From the NCBI GenBank assembly GCA_002314935.1, contig DCHW01000026.1, positions 1 to 47,508 of the forward strand: DNA of 47,508 bases. Reading direction: 5' to 3'. Of this stretch, positions 23,226-33,094 are shown piece after piece. The position numbers and the translations under genes are program-made. This DNA is from Clostridiales bacterium UBA1742. GTDB lineage: Bacteria > Bacillota > Clostridia > TANB77 > CAG-508. The notes under the pieces were generated by a model, which did not search any database, was not told the origin of the DNA, and worked only from the letters and a program-made list of their open reading frames with translations. Each line of letters begins with the position of its first letter. Position 1 is the stretch's first letter.

Positions 23226-24341
23226 ATGTACGAATACAAAAATACGGGTAATAAACTAATGAGAATAATAATTTTAATAACATTAATGCTAATGGTATCT
23301 GCTCTAAGCATATATATTTATGATATGTATAGCAAAATTGAAATATATTCTTATGATTATAATTTGAATAATTATGCAACAAAAACTTCTTATGTAGAAA
23401 AAAATGAAAATGATACAAATATTTTAGAAAATGTAACAGAATGTGTAGTTGGAATTTCTAAAATAAAAAATAATGGAGACACTATTTTCTTAAACAATAG
23501 CACAACAGAATTAGGACTTGGAAGTGGAATGATAGTTTCAGAAAATGGATATATATTAACTAATTTACATGTATGTGGAGATAAATATAGCAGTTGTTAT
23601 GTTTCGGTGGAAAACGGGCAAACATATACAGGAGAAGTAGTATGGGGAGATAGTGATTTAGATTTGGCAATTGTTAAAATAAAAGCCAATGGACTAAAGT
23701 ATGTTAGCTTTGGAGATTCAGATTCAATAAAATTGGGTGAAAAAACATATGCAATTGGTAACCCTATTGGAAGTGAATTCCAAAGAACGATTACTTGTGG
23801 AATAATTAGTGGATTAAATAGAACTGTTAAAATTCAGGAAAATGAAGAGAATTCATATATGGAGGATTTAATACAAACTGATGCAACAATTAATCCAGGG
23901 AATAGTGGAGGTCCATTAATTAATGAAAACGGAGAAGTAATAGGAATTAATTCTATAAAAATAACAGATGCAGAAGGAATAGGATTTGCTATACCAATTA
24001 ATATTATAAAGCCTGTAGTGGAAAACTTTGTGAGTAATAATAGCTTTGAAGAGGCATATTTGGGTATATTTGCATATGATAAAAGTGTTATTCCGTACTT
24101 AAATTCAAATTTAAATTTTAATAATGGAATTTATATTGCACAAATTTCATATGATGGACCATGCCAAAATGTAGGATTAAAAATAGGGGATATTATTACT
24201 AAAATTGATGATAGTGAAATAAGTAAAATGAGTGAATTAAGAGAATATATTTATACAAAAAAACCAAAAGATACTATAACATTAACAATAAAAAGAGGAA
24301 ATAAAGAGTATGAAATTGAAGTAATATTGGGAAAAAAGTAA
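23226..24341 (+). CDS. htrA: HtrA/DegP-family serine protease with PDZ domain
   Basis: N-terminal TM, TNLHV, DLAIVK, IQTDATINPGNSGGPL and a C-terminal PDZ. Confidence 0.9.
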   Translation: MYEYKNTGNKLMRIIILITLMLMVSALSIYIYDMYSKIEIYSYDYNLNNYATKTSYVEKNENDTNILENVTECVVGISKIKNNGDTIFLNNSTTELGLGSGMIVSENGYILTNLHVCGDKYSSCYVSVENGQTYTGEVVWGDSDLDLAIVKIKANGLKYVSFGDSDSIKLGEKTYAIGNPIGSEFQRTITCGIISGLNRTVKIQENEENSYMEDLIQTDATINPGNSGGPLINENGEVIGINSIKITDAEGIGFAIPINIIKPVVENFVSNNSFEEAYLGIFAYDKSVIPYLNSNLNFNNGIYIAQISYDGPCQNVGLKIGDIITKIDDSEISKMSELREYIYTKKPKDTITLTIKRGNKEYEIEVILGKK

Positions 24342-24459
24342 AAAAATGTTGATTTATGTTAAGAATGGTGTTAAAATTAAAAAACCTTATATTAGTATTA
24401 TTTCTCCTGGCATATTTGATAGTACTACATGAGGAAAATAATTTTTGGAGGAATGTTAT

Positions 24460-24711
24460 ATGAAAATAGGCGAATACCTGAACACAGTTGCGACAACCGA
24501 GGGCTGGGAACGGGGCAATGCAATTAGCATTGTAACGGAACTAATAAAAGACCATAAAGAGTATAAGATGCTCAATGGCTTTTTAACAGCGGCTCAGCAG
24601 GGAAGAAAAGAGGTCTGCATTGGTAGATGCTTAGCACCATTGGAATTAGAAAGTGAGGGTATCGCTTTTAAACAAAATGCCAGTGGCACAGCAATTGTTG
24701 CTTACTGGTAA
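24460..24711 (+). CDS. Small hypothetical protein with atypical, higher-GC codon usage
   Basis: GGAGG RBS and ATG, followed by hairpin acaagggcgtg-tgaaa-gcatgtccttgt. Contains an in-frame CGG at 24511. Confidence 0.65.
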   Translation: MKIGEYLNTVATTEGWERGNAISIVTELIKDHKEYKMLNGFLTAAQQGRKEVCIGRCLAPLELESEGIAFKQNASGTAIVAYW

Positions 24712-24752
24712 TAAGGCAAATTACAAGGGCGTGTGAAAGCATGTCCTTGTGA

Positions 24753-24862
24753 TTTTTTATTATGTAGGAAAGTTCTCCAGAACTTTCTGAAATAAAAAGA
24801 AAAGTTTCCATAGAAAGTGCGATTGCAAAGCAATCTGCACAAGGTGGCGAAGCTACTTTTTT
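24753..24862. repeat. ~110 bp structured intergenic repeat, copy 1
   Basis: Near-identical to 26285-26394, with hairpin gtgc-gattgc-aaa-gcaatc-t-gcac. Confidence 0.9.
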
Positions 24863-25011
24863 TTTATGTAAAAGTGCTTCTTTAACAAGAGCAACTGTAG
24901 AGCCACTTTTCTTACAAAAAATAAAAATATTAATTTATTGTAAAAAATATTTAGTTATGATAGTATATGAAAAACAGTAAATGATGAACGAAAAAATATA
25001 TGGAGGTTAAA

Positions 25012-26214
25012 ATGAAAGTATTAGTTATAAACCATTCACCATTTATTGGTTCTGGTAGTGGAACCTACACTATGAATATTGTAAAAGCATTAAAGGAAAA
25101 GCAAGAGGAAGTAGAAGTTATTACTGCAGCGAATAGCTTAGAATTTCCTGATATGGGTGATATAAATGTTAGGAGAATATTTTTTAAAAATAAAGATCAT
25201 GTGGAAGGAGAACTTAATTTTAACGTGCCTTGCTTTGATCAATATCCTACAAGTGATGTTGTTTTTTATGATATGACAGAACAACAACTAAATGATTATC
25301 AAGATGAGTTTAGAAGGGTATTAGAAAAAGCAATTAATGAATTTAAACCAGATTTAATACATACACAACATATATGGATATGGTCTAGTATAGTAACAGA
25401 ATATAATATACCAACAATTATTACATCACATGGATCAGATATGATGGGATATGATATAGACAACAGTTTTTATCCTTATTGTATTAAAGCAATTAATGGT
25501 TGTGAAAAAATAGTAACTATTTCTAAAAAGAATTATGAAGATATTATATCTAAATTTCCAGAAGCAAAAGAAAAATGTGTAATATTAAAAAATGGATATG
25601 ATACTAATATTTTTAAATTAAGTAATTATAGCAGAGAAGAAGTATTAAAAAAATATAATATAAATAAAAAGTATGATAATATTGTTTTGTTTGCTGGAAG
25701 ATTAACAGAAAACAAAGGTATAGATATATTATTAAATGCAGCAAAAAAATATGAAGATGGAAATATACTTACAATAATAGCAGGAGGTGGAGGCCTTTTA
25801 AAAGATTTGCAAAAACAAGTTAAAGATTTAAATTTACAAGATGTAGTTTTTGTAGGTGATCAATCACAAAGAAATTTATGTAGGTTATATAATATAGCAG
25901 ATGTATTAGCTGCACCTTCAAGGGTAGAAGGATTTGGATTGGTTGGAATAGAAGCGTTAGCATGTGGCATACCAGTTATTGGAACAAAAGAAGGTGGAAT
26001 GTCTGATTTTATAACTGAAGAATACGGTGATTTAGTTCATATAGAAAATGTAGAAATGCTATATAATTCAATAACAAAAATATTAAAAAATAAAGAAAAA
26101 TTTGCAAGGGAAAAACTTGCAAACTTTGCACAAGAAAATTATTCTCAAAAAGCAGTTATAAATAACTTAATAAATACATATCAAAATGTTTTAGAGAGTA
26201 GCAGCAACAACTAA
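25012..26214 (+). CDS. Glycosyltransferase family 4 (GT-B)
   Basis: FAGRLTENKG and PSRVEGFGLVGIEALACG motifs. Confidence 0.92.
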   Translation: MKVLVINHSPFIGSGSGTYTMNIVKALKEKQEEVEVITAANSLEFPDMGDINVRRIFFKNKDHVEGELNFNVPCFDQYPTSDVVFYDMTEQQLNDYQDEFRRVLEKAINEFKPDLIHTQHIWIWSSIVTEYNIPTIITSHGSDMMGYDIDNSFYPYCIKAINGCEKIVTISKKNYEDIISKFPEAKEKCVILKNGYDTNIFKLSNYSREEVLKKYNINKKYDNIVLFAGRLTENKGIDILLNAAKKYEDGNILTIIAGGGGLLKDLQKQVKDLNLQDVVFVGDQSQRNLCRLYNIADVLAAPSRVEGFGLVGIEALACGIPVIGTKEGGMSDFITEEYGDLVHIENVEMLYNSITKILKNKEKFAREKLANFAQENYSQKAVINNLINTYQNVLESSSNN

Positions 26215-26285
26215 AATACCTAAATTATTTTTATAAATTTCATTAAATTGAGAAATTGGAAGCGGGTTTTGACCAAGACCTGCTT
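26212..26285. repeat. 74 bp direct repeat, copy 1 (displaced 3' end of the M14 peptidase gene)
   Basis: Identical to 27164-27237. Confidence 0.9.
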
Positions 26286-26394
26286 TTTTTATTATGTAGG
26301 AAAGTTTTCCAGAAGTATCTGGAATAAAAAGAAAAGTTTCCATAGAAAGTGCGATTGCAAAGCAATCTGCACAACATGGCGAAGCTACTTTTTT
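26285..26394. repeat. ~110 bp structured intergenic repeat, copy 2
   Basis: Near-identical to 24753-24862. Confidence 0.9.
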
Positions 26395-26502
26395 ATATAC
26401 ATTAATAATTATTATATTTATGATTAAAAAGGAATAAATTCTTGAAAAAACAATAAAATAATGATAAAATAACGATAAGAAAAGCCAAGGAGGTTGCTTG
26501 AT

Positions 26503-26790
26503 ATGATTAATATAAGACCAGTATCAGATTTAAGAAATAAATATCCAGAAATTGAGGAGTTAGTTTTAAAAGAAGATGAAGCAGTGTATTTAACAAAAAA
26601 TGGGTATGGTTCAATGGTGGTAATGAGTTTGGAAAAATATTCAAAATTAATGAGTAATTTAGAATATGACGAATACATTGAAAATGCTTTAGATGAAGCA
26701 GATAAAGAAGCAGAAAATCCAAAAACTAAATATTATTCACATGAAGAATTTAAACAACTAGCTAGGAGGATAATAGATGGCGAAAAATAA
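26503..26790 (+). CDS. Phd/YefM family antitoxin
   Basis: MINIRPVSDLRN...VYLTKNGYGSMVVMS. Overlaps the toxin start. Confidence 0.9.
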   Translation: MINIRPVSDLRNKYPEIEELVLKEDEAVYLTKNGYGSMVVMSLEKYSKLMSNLEYDEYIENALDEADKEAENPKTKYYSHEEFKQLARRIIDGEK

Positions 26791-27091
26791 ATATAAAATA
26801 AATTATACAGATACATTTATAAAACAATTTAATAATATTTTGAAATATTTTATATATAAACTGCAAAATAAAATTGCAGCTGAAAGCTTTTATGATGAAG
26901 TAGTTAAAGAAATAGAGAGTCGAAGTGAAAATCCTGAAAGTTTTGAAAAATACAATTCTAAAAGGAAAAGAAAAAATACATATTATAGAATTTATGTAAA
27001 AAATTATACGATATTTTATGTAGTAAAAAATAATACTATGGAAATAAGAAGAATTTTATATTCCAAGAGAAATTTTGATAATCTAATATAA
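26777..27091 (+). CDS. RelE/ParE family toxin
   Basis: Size, position and the YRIYVKNYTIFYVV...IRRILYSKRN pattern. Confidence 0.88.
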   Translation: MAKNKYKINYTDTFIKQFNNILKYFIYKLQNKIAAESFYDEVVKEIESRSENPESFEKYNSKRKRKNTYYRIYVKNYTIFYVVKNNTMEIRRILYSKRNFDNLI

Positions 27092-27142
27092 AATTCTTCA
27101 GTAGATATTGATATATGCGAGTTTTAAATATAATAATTAGTT

Positions 27143-28061
27143 TTATAAAACAGCACCTAAAATTAAAATACCTAAATTATTTTTATAAATTTCATTAAAT
27201 TGAGAAATTGGAAGCGGGTTTTGACCAAGACCTGCTTCTATTGTGTATCCAGGCTTTTTATATTGTTGTAAAAACCAATCTTTATAACCTGCAAAACTCG
27301 AATTAAATTCTGGATTTGTTAAGGTATAACCTGAAATTGATGCAAAAGTTTCTCCAATTGTTTTAGCTTCAGTAGATGCATAATTTTGAAATTGCCAATA
27401 AATTTCTTTGCCTTGCGTATGGTATGCAAGAATTAGCCTAAAATTATGTTGTAGTGTAAAATTATATAAAGCTAATGCTTCGGGGGCAACTAGTGGACCT
27501 TCTCCAACATAATCCCTAGGTGAAGGAGATGTAAAACCTTGTGAAAATTTTATTTTTTTTGCTTTTTCCCAACCAGCAGGAAATTGTAAATTTAAATCTA
27601 CACCATTTATATTTGCTTTCCAGCCATCTGGAAAGGGAATTGAAGGATATCTATTAGAAATTTTTTTTGCATTAGTATAAATAGAACTACCGTATTGGGT
27701 AAAAATTATTTACTAAATTTACACCATCAGGATTACACAGTGGAACAATATAAATTGAGGAATAATTATAAATATCTTTTGCTTTTTGACCATAAATTTT
27801 AGAATTGTTTGAATATGCAATACAAAAATCTTCAATAAATTTCATAAGAATATTACAAGTTATTGATTCATTAGCATGAATGGCAGCAGAATAAAAAACA
27901 TGATTTTTACCTTTTCCAATACGTATATATGGAATTGAATTTCCTAAAACACTATAACCAATAATATCTGACTGTAAAAAAGGATATGTTGTTAATAATT
28001 GTTTAATATCATTATATAAAATACTTGTAGTATACAAAGATGATGTAGATACGATAGACAT
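27143..28061 (-). CDS. M14 family Zn peptidase (gamma-D-glutamyl-meso-DAP endopeptidase-like), ~305 aa after a +1 shift at 27692
   Basis: HANE zinc motif and NPDG, then FYPI[c]GSSIY...[18 protein letters not shown]...AYHTQG...GYKDWF...GYTIEAG in the +1 frame, which the ORF track does not show. Confidence 0.88.
27164..27237. repeat. 74 bp direct repeat, copy 2 (within the current 3' end of the peptidase gene)
   Basis: Identical to 26212-26285. Confidence 0.9.
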
Positions 28062-28152
28062 AATAACCTCCTAAAAATAAATCCTTAATTATAATATTTA
28101 AATTTAATAAAATATGTGATAAAATACTATAAAATATTTATGGAGGTAACTT

Positions 28153-28812
28153 ATGGAAAAGAAAGAAATATTAAAAAAAGTTGATCATACCTTGCTTAAT
28201 CAAACTGCTACATGGGAAGAAATAAAAAAAATATGTGATGATGCAATAAAATATAATGTTGCTTCAGTATGTATTCCACCATGTTATGTAGAAAGTGTAA
28301 AAAAATATGTTGAAAACAAAATGAAAGTATGTACAGTTATTGGATTTCCAAATGGATACAATACAACAGAAGTTAAAGCATTTGAAACACTACAAGCAAT
28401 TGAACAAGGTGCAGATGAAATAGATATGGTAATAAATATTGGATTTTTAAAAGATAGAAAATATGATTATATTGAAAATGAAATAAAAAAACTAAAAGAA
28501 ATATGTAATAATAAGATTTTAAAAGTAATAATAGAAACATGTTTATTAAATGAAGAAGAAAAGGTAAAAATGTGTGAAATTGTAAATAAAGCTGGAGCAG
28601 ATTTTATAAAAACATCTACAGGATTTTCAACAAATGGAGCAACTTTTGAAGATATAGAATTGTTTAAAAATAATTTAAAAAATAGTAGTGTAAAAATAAA
28701 AGCAGCAGGTGGAATAAAGTCATTTGCAGATGCAGAAAAATTTATAGAATTAGGCGCAGATAGACTTGGTACTAGTAGATTAATAAAAATATTAAATGAT
28801 GAAAACAAATAA
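28153..28812 (+). CDS. deoC: Deoxyribose-phosphate aldolase
   Basis: DHTLL, VIGFPNG, EIDMVIN, FIKTSTGF, KAAGGI, RLGTS. Confidence 0.96.
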   Translation: MEKKEILKKVDHTLLNQTATWEEIKKICDDAIKYNVASVCIPPCYVESVKKYVENKMKVCTVIGFPNGYNTTEVKAFETLQAIEQGADEIDMVINIGFLKDRKYDYIENEIKKLKEICNNKILKVIIETCLLNEEEKVKMCEIVNKAGADFIKTSTGFSTNGATFEDIELFKNNLKNSSVKIKAAGGIKSFADAEKFIELGADRLGTSRLIKILNDENK

Positions 28813-28857
28813 TTAATAATATATTGAAATATTAAGTAAACTTTGGTAAAATGTAGC

Positions 28858-28958
28858 AAATAGAGTAGAAAATAAATAGTTAAGTGTTACTAAACGGGAA
28901 GTTGTTAGTAAACGAAAAAGCTTTTAGCTTTGCTGATTTATTTTCGCATTCCGCTATT
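28858..28958 (+). promoter_or_regulatory. THF (tetrahydrofolate) riboswitch
   Basis: AGAGTAG...GTTAAGTG...CGGGAAGTTG...AACGAA...GCATTCCGCT matches the THF aptamer consensus, directly upstream of a folate ECF S component. Confidence 0.88.
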
Positions 28959-29016
28959 AAACAAAGTTTATCTTTATTTAACGTGGAAGCTCCAAAAATT
29001 AAGGGGGCTTTTTATT

Positions 29017-30841
29017 ATGACAAAATTATGCATAACAAAAAACAAAAAAAATATTTTAGCGGCATTGTTATTAGCAGTGCTATTAATTCTTTCTAGATTT
29101 TTATCTGTAAAGACAAGCTTATTAGTAATAAGTTTTAGTTTTATTCCACTTATGATTTGTGCAATTTATTTAGGACCTAAATATGCTACTTTAATTGCTG
29201 CACTTGGAGATTTAATAGGTGCTTTGTTATTCCCTTTTGGAACATATTTTATAGGATTTACAATTTCAGCAGGACTTATCCGGTTTTGTTTATGGAGTGT
29301 TTTTATATAAAGAACCAAATAAAAAAATATCTAATTTTAAATTTGTTTTAAAATTAATTATAAGTAGTGTTATATCACTAGGTTTAATAAAAGTATTAAT
29401 GGAATCATTATTTTTAAAAATTTTATATGGTAAAGCATATATGATGATTTTGGCTACAAGAATTGGAACACAAATAATAATGTTACCAATACAAATAATA
29501 ACAATTTATTTATTGGAAAAAGCGTTTACACCATTAGTAAAAAAATACTTATGTAATGAAGAAAAAATTGGGATAGATGAATATTTAGATACATTTGATA
29601 AATTTACAAAAGACCCTAATTTAGATGCAATGAAATATTTAATGCAAAAATTTGATAATCCACAAGATAAATTAAAAATAATTCATGTAGCTGGTACAAA
29701 TGGAAAAGGAAGTGTTTGCGAAATGCTTTCATCTGTACTTGTTAATGCAAATTATAAAGTGGGAAAATTTATATCACCACATCTTATAAAATTTAATGAT
29801 GGAATTTATATAAATAAAGTTGAAATTACAAATGAAGAAGTAGAAGAAATTATGGAAGAATTGTCACAACATATAAGCGAATATAACCAAACACACGAAA
29901 CACCTGTAAAATGGTTTGAAGCAATAACTAGTTTAACATTAATTTATTTTGCAAAAAATAATTGTGATTTTGCAATATTAGAAACTGGGCTTGGAGGAAC
30001 AACAGATTGTACTAATATTGTGAATTCATTAGTGTCTATAATTACAAATGTTGGATTTGATCATGTAGACATTTTGGGAAATTCGTTAGAAAAAATTGCA
30101 GAACATAAAGCAGGAATTATTAAGCCAAACACAGATACAATTTCTGTATTGCAAGAAACAGTTACTGAAGTAATACGTAACAAATGTATAAAAGAAAATG
30201 CAGTATTGCATATGGTATCAGATGAAAATATTAAAAATTATTCATATACGCAAGAACTACAAAATTTTGATTATAAAAATTATAAAAATATAGAAATAAA
30301 TTTAAAAGGAAAAGTTCAAACATATAATGCAGCAGAAGTTTTAGAATGTATAGATATTTTAAAAGAAAAGGGATATGAAATTCCAGATGAAGCTATATAC
30401 ACAGGATTAAAAAATGTTATCCATAGGGCAAGAATGGAAAAATTAAGTGACAATCCTTTGATTATTTTTGATGGTGGTCATAATGAAAGTGCTATAATGA
30501 GCTTTAAACAAAACATATACCAATATTATAAAGACAAGAAAAAAATATATATAGTTTCTAATTTAAAAACAAAAGATTATAGAACAAATATAAAATTATT
30601 ATGTGAGGACAAAGATGCAATATTTATTTTTACAGGAGGAAATAATAAGCATAAATATGTTTCAAAGGAAGCTTTATATAATGAAGCAAAAAATTACTTA
30701 GATATGAACATTTACAAATATGAATTTAAAGAAGCATTAAATATTGCAATGAAGGCCTATTCTGATTATGCAATTATAATTGTTGGAAGCTTCTATGTGT
30801 ATAAAACAGCATGCGAGGTTATAAAAAATGATAGAAATTAA
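29017..30841 (+). CDS. Fused folate ECF S component (FolT) and folylpolyglutamate synthase (FolC), ~607 aa after a +1 shift at C29281
   Basis: FolT-like TMs (FSFIP..GP..LGDLIG..FP.G.YFIGFTISAGLI[c]GFVYGVFLY) continue in frame into IHVAGTNGKGS, SPHL, LETGLGG, DHVDILG and DGGHN. Confidence 0.87.
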
Positions 30842-31653
30842 AAACGTAGATTACAGTTACAGAAATAAAAAAAGAGTATTGCAAAATGTTAACCTTGAAA
30901 TAGAAGAAAATGAAATGATTGCAATAATAGGCAAAAACGGTTCTCGGAAAATCTACTTTAGCTAAATTAATAGCAGGAATTATTAAACCTAAAAAAGGTG
31001 AAATTAATATTAATGAAATAAATACGTCAAAAACAAAAGATTTTGTAAATTTAAGGAAAACAGTAGGAATGGTTTTTCAAAATCCAGAGAATCAAATTAT
31101 TTTTAATAATGTGTATGATGATTTAGCTTTTGCAATAAAAAATTTAAAATTAGATAATGAAGAAATAAGAATAAAAGATGCCTTGCAAAAAGTAAAAATG
31201 GAAGAACATATAAATAGTGAATCATATAATTTATCACTGGGACAAAAACAAAGAATTGTAATAGCAGGTATCCTTGCAATAAATCCAGATTATATTATTT
31301 TTGATGAACCGACAACAATGCTAGATTCAGAAGGAAAACAAGATGTTTATGATATAATAAAAGAATTAAAAAAGAAAAAAACTATTATTTATATAACAAA
31401 TATAATTGATGAAATACTAATGGCTGATAAAATTGCAATAATTGAAGAAGGTAAAATATTAAAAATTTTTAAAAAAGATGAAATATTAGAAAATGCATTG
31501 TTTTTGAAAGAGCATAATTTTAAGTTGCCAAAGATAGTTGAAAATGTAATTGAATTACAAAAAAATGAAGTAGAAATTAATATGGATAAATGGACAAACA
31601 ATGAATTTATGACCAAGATAATAGAGGTGCTAAAAAATGAAAAATATAATTAA
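30828..31653 (+). CDS. ecfA: ECF transporter ATPase (EcfA/CbiO), ~274 aa after a +1 shift at C30945
   Basis: MIEIKNVDYSY...IAIIGKNGS[c]GKSTLAKL, VFQNPENQ, LSLGQKQR, FDEPTTMLD. Confidence 0.88.
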
Positions 31654-32212
31654 ATTTTTAGTATTTATTTGTTATTCAATTTTAATATTTTTTATAAATA
31701 ACTATATTGTACTTGGTATAATAACAATTATTAATGCAATATTAATAGTTATATTAAAATTAAATTTTAAAGATGTTATAAAAAAGCTATTAAAATTATT
31801 TGTTTTTATTGGATTTACAATAATTATTAATATTATAGTGGAATCAATTGATTATGCAATATTAATAGCAATAAAATTGTTATTAATTTGTAATATAACA
31901 TATATATTTTCAAAAACAATTACGTATATGGAGTTTGCAGAAGTAATAGAAAAAATATTTTATCCATTAAAAATATTTAAAATAGATTCTAAAAATGTTG
32001 GATTAATTATATGTATATCCATTGCTTTTATTCCAATATTACAAAAGGAATTAGAAGAATTGAAAAATGCATTAAAAATAAAGGGATTTAAAATTAATTT
32101 AATTAATATACTAAAAAATATTAATATAATTAGTAAACCATTTTTTATATCAATATTGCGTAAAGTAAATGAATTAGAAAATTCATTAGCTATAAAAGGA
32201 TATATGTTTTGA
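31637..32212 (+). CDS. ecfT: ECF transporter T component
   Basis: Hydrophobic N-terminus, IAFIP..., IKGF and IKGY (XRX-like) motifs, operon position. Confidence 0.8.
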   Translation: MKNIIKFLVFICYSILIFFINNYIVLGIITIINAILIVILKLNFKDVIKKLLKLFVFIGFTIIINIIVESIDYAILIAIKLLLICNITYIFSKTITYMEFAEVIEKIFYPLKIFKIDSKNVGLIICISIAFIPILQKELEELKNALKIKGFKINLINILKNINIISKPFFISILRKVNELENSLAIKGYMF

Positions 32213-32303
32213 TAAAACTAAATAATATAAAAAAATATTGAAAATAAAAAAACGATAATATATAATTTAAATATCAAAAACAAAAGAAAAAGGTGGTGAA
32301 AAA

Positions 32304-32951
32304 ATGAAGGAAAATAAAAAAATTAAAATAGGTTTAGGAACAGCAATATGCATTTTTATAATTGTATTATTGATAATAGCACTAGCAGGAGTTTATTATT
32401 TTGGTTTTATAAAAAATAATGAAAAAATTGAAGTAATAAATAATGAAAAAATTGCTTTAGAAAAAGAGATAACTACTCTAGAGCAGGATAATAATTTAGG
32501 AACAGAAGAAACAAATGTAAATGTAAGTAGTACTAGTGAAAATGTAACATATAAAGATATTGTTGGAGTGTATACTGGAAAGATAATATTAAATGAAACC
32601 GATTCTGAAGGAAATAAATTTAGTGATGGATATTGTTTAACTTTATATGAAAATGGTACATACAAATATGAACATGGTGTAGCTGCAGCAGGTGGAACTA
32701 TTGGAAATTATATTATAGAAAATGACTCCATAATACTTAATAAATGGTTTAAAACAAGTTCTGATACAAGTGCTGTTGCAACAAATGGAAAAATAGAATT
32801 AACTTTAAATAAAGATGGAAGTATAATTGATTTTAATGAAGCAACAAAGGTTACATTAAAAAAAATAAAAACAAATATTGAAGTTGACGAAGTTAACCAG
32901 TTAATACATGGAGAAGGATTAGGAAACGAACATGGATTTGTAAAGGAATAA
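32304..32951 (+). CDS. Membrane-anchored hypothetical protein
   Basis: One N-terminal TM, a short coiled coil and a beta-rich C-terminal domain. Confidence 0.7.
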   Translation: MKENKKIKIGLGTAICIFIIVLLIIALAGVYYFGFIKNNEKIEVINNEKIALEKEITTLEQDNNLGTEETNVNVSSTSENVTYKDIVGVYTGKIILNETDSEGNKFSDGYCLTLYENGTYKYEHGVAAAGGTIGNYIIENDSIILNKWFKTSSDTSAVATNGKIELTLNKDGSIIDFNEATKVTLKKIKTNIEVDEVNQLIHGEGLGNEHGFVKE

Positions 32952-32975
32952 ATAGAATTATTTATATTAAAATAT

Positions 32976-33014
32976 AAAAACCCAAGGTAGCAAAGTTATT
33001 ACCTTGGGTTTTTT
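32976..33014 (+). terminator. Intrinsic terminator
   Basis: aaaaacccaaggta...taccttgggttttt. Confidence 0.75.
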
Positions 33015-33094
33015 ATAAATTAGTAAACAATTTAATTTTTCGGCATATTATGTATTGGGTAGAAATACCACAATATATAATAAGGAGTGAAAAA

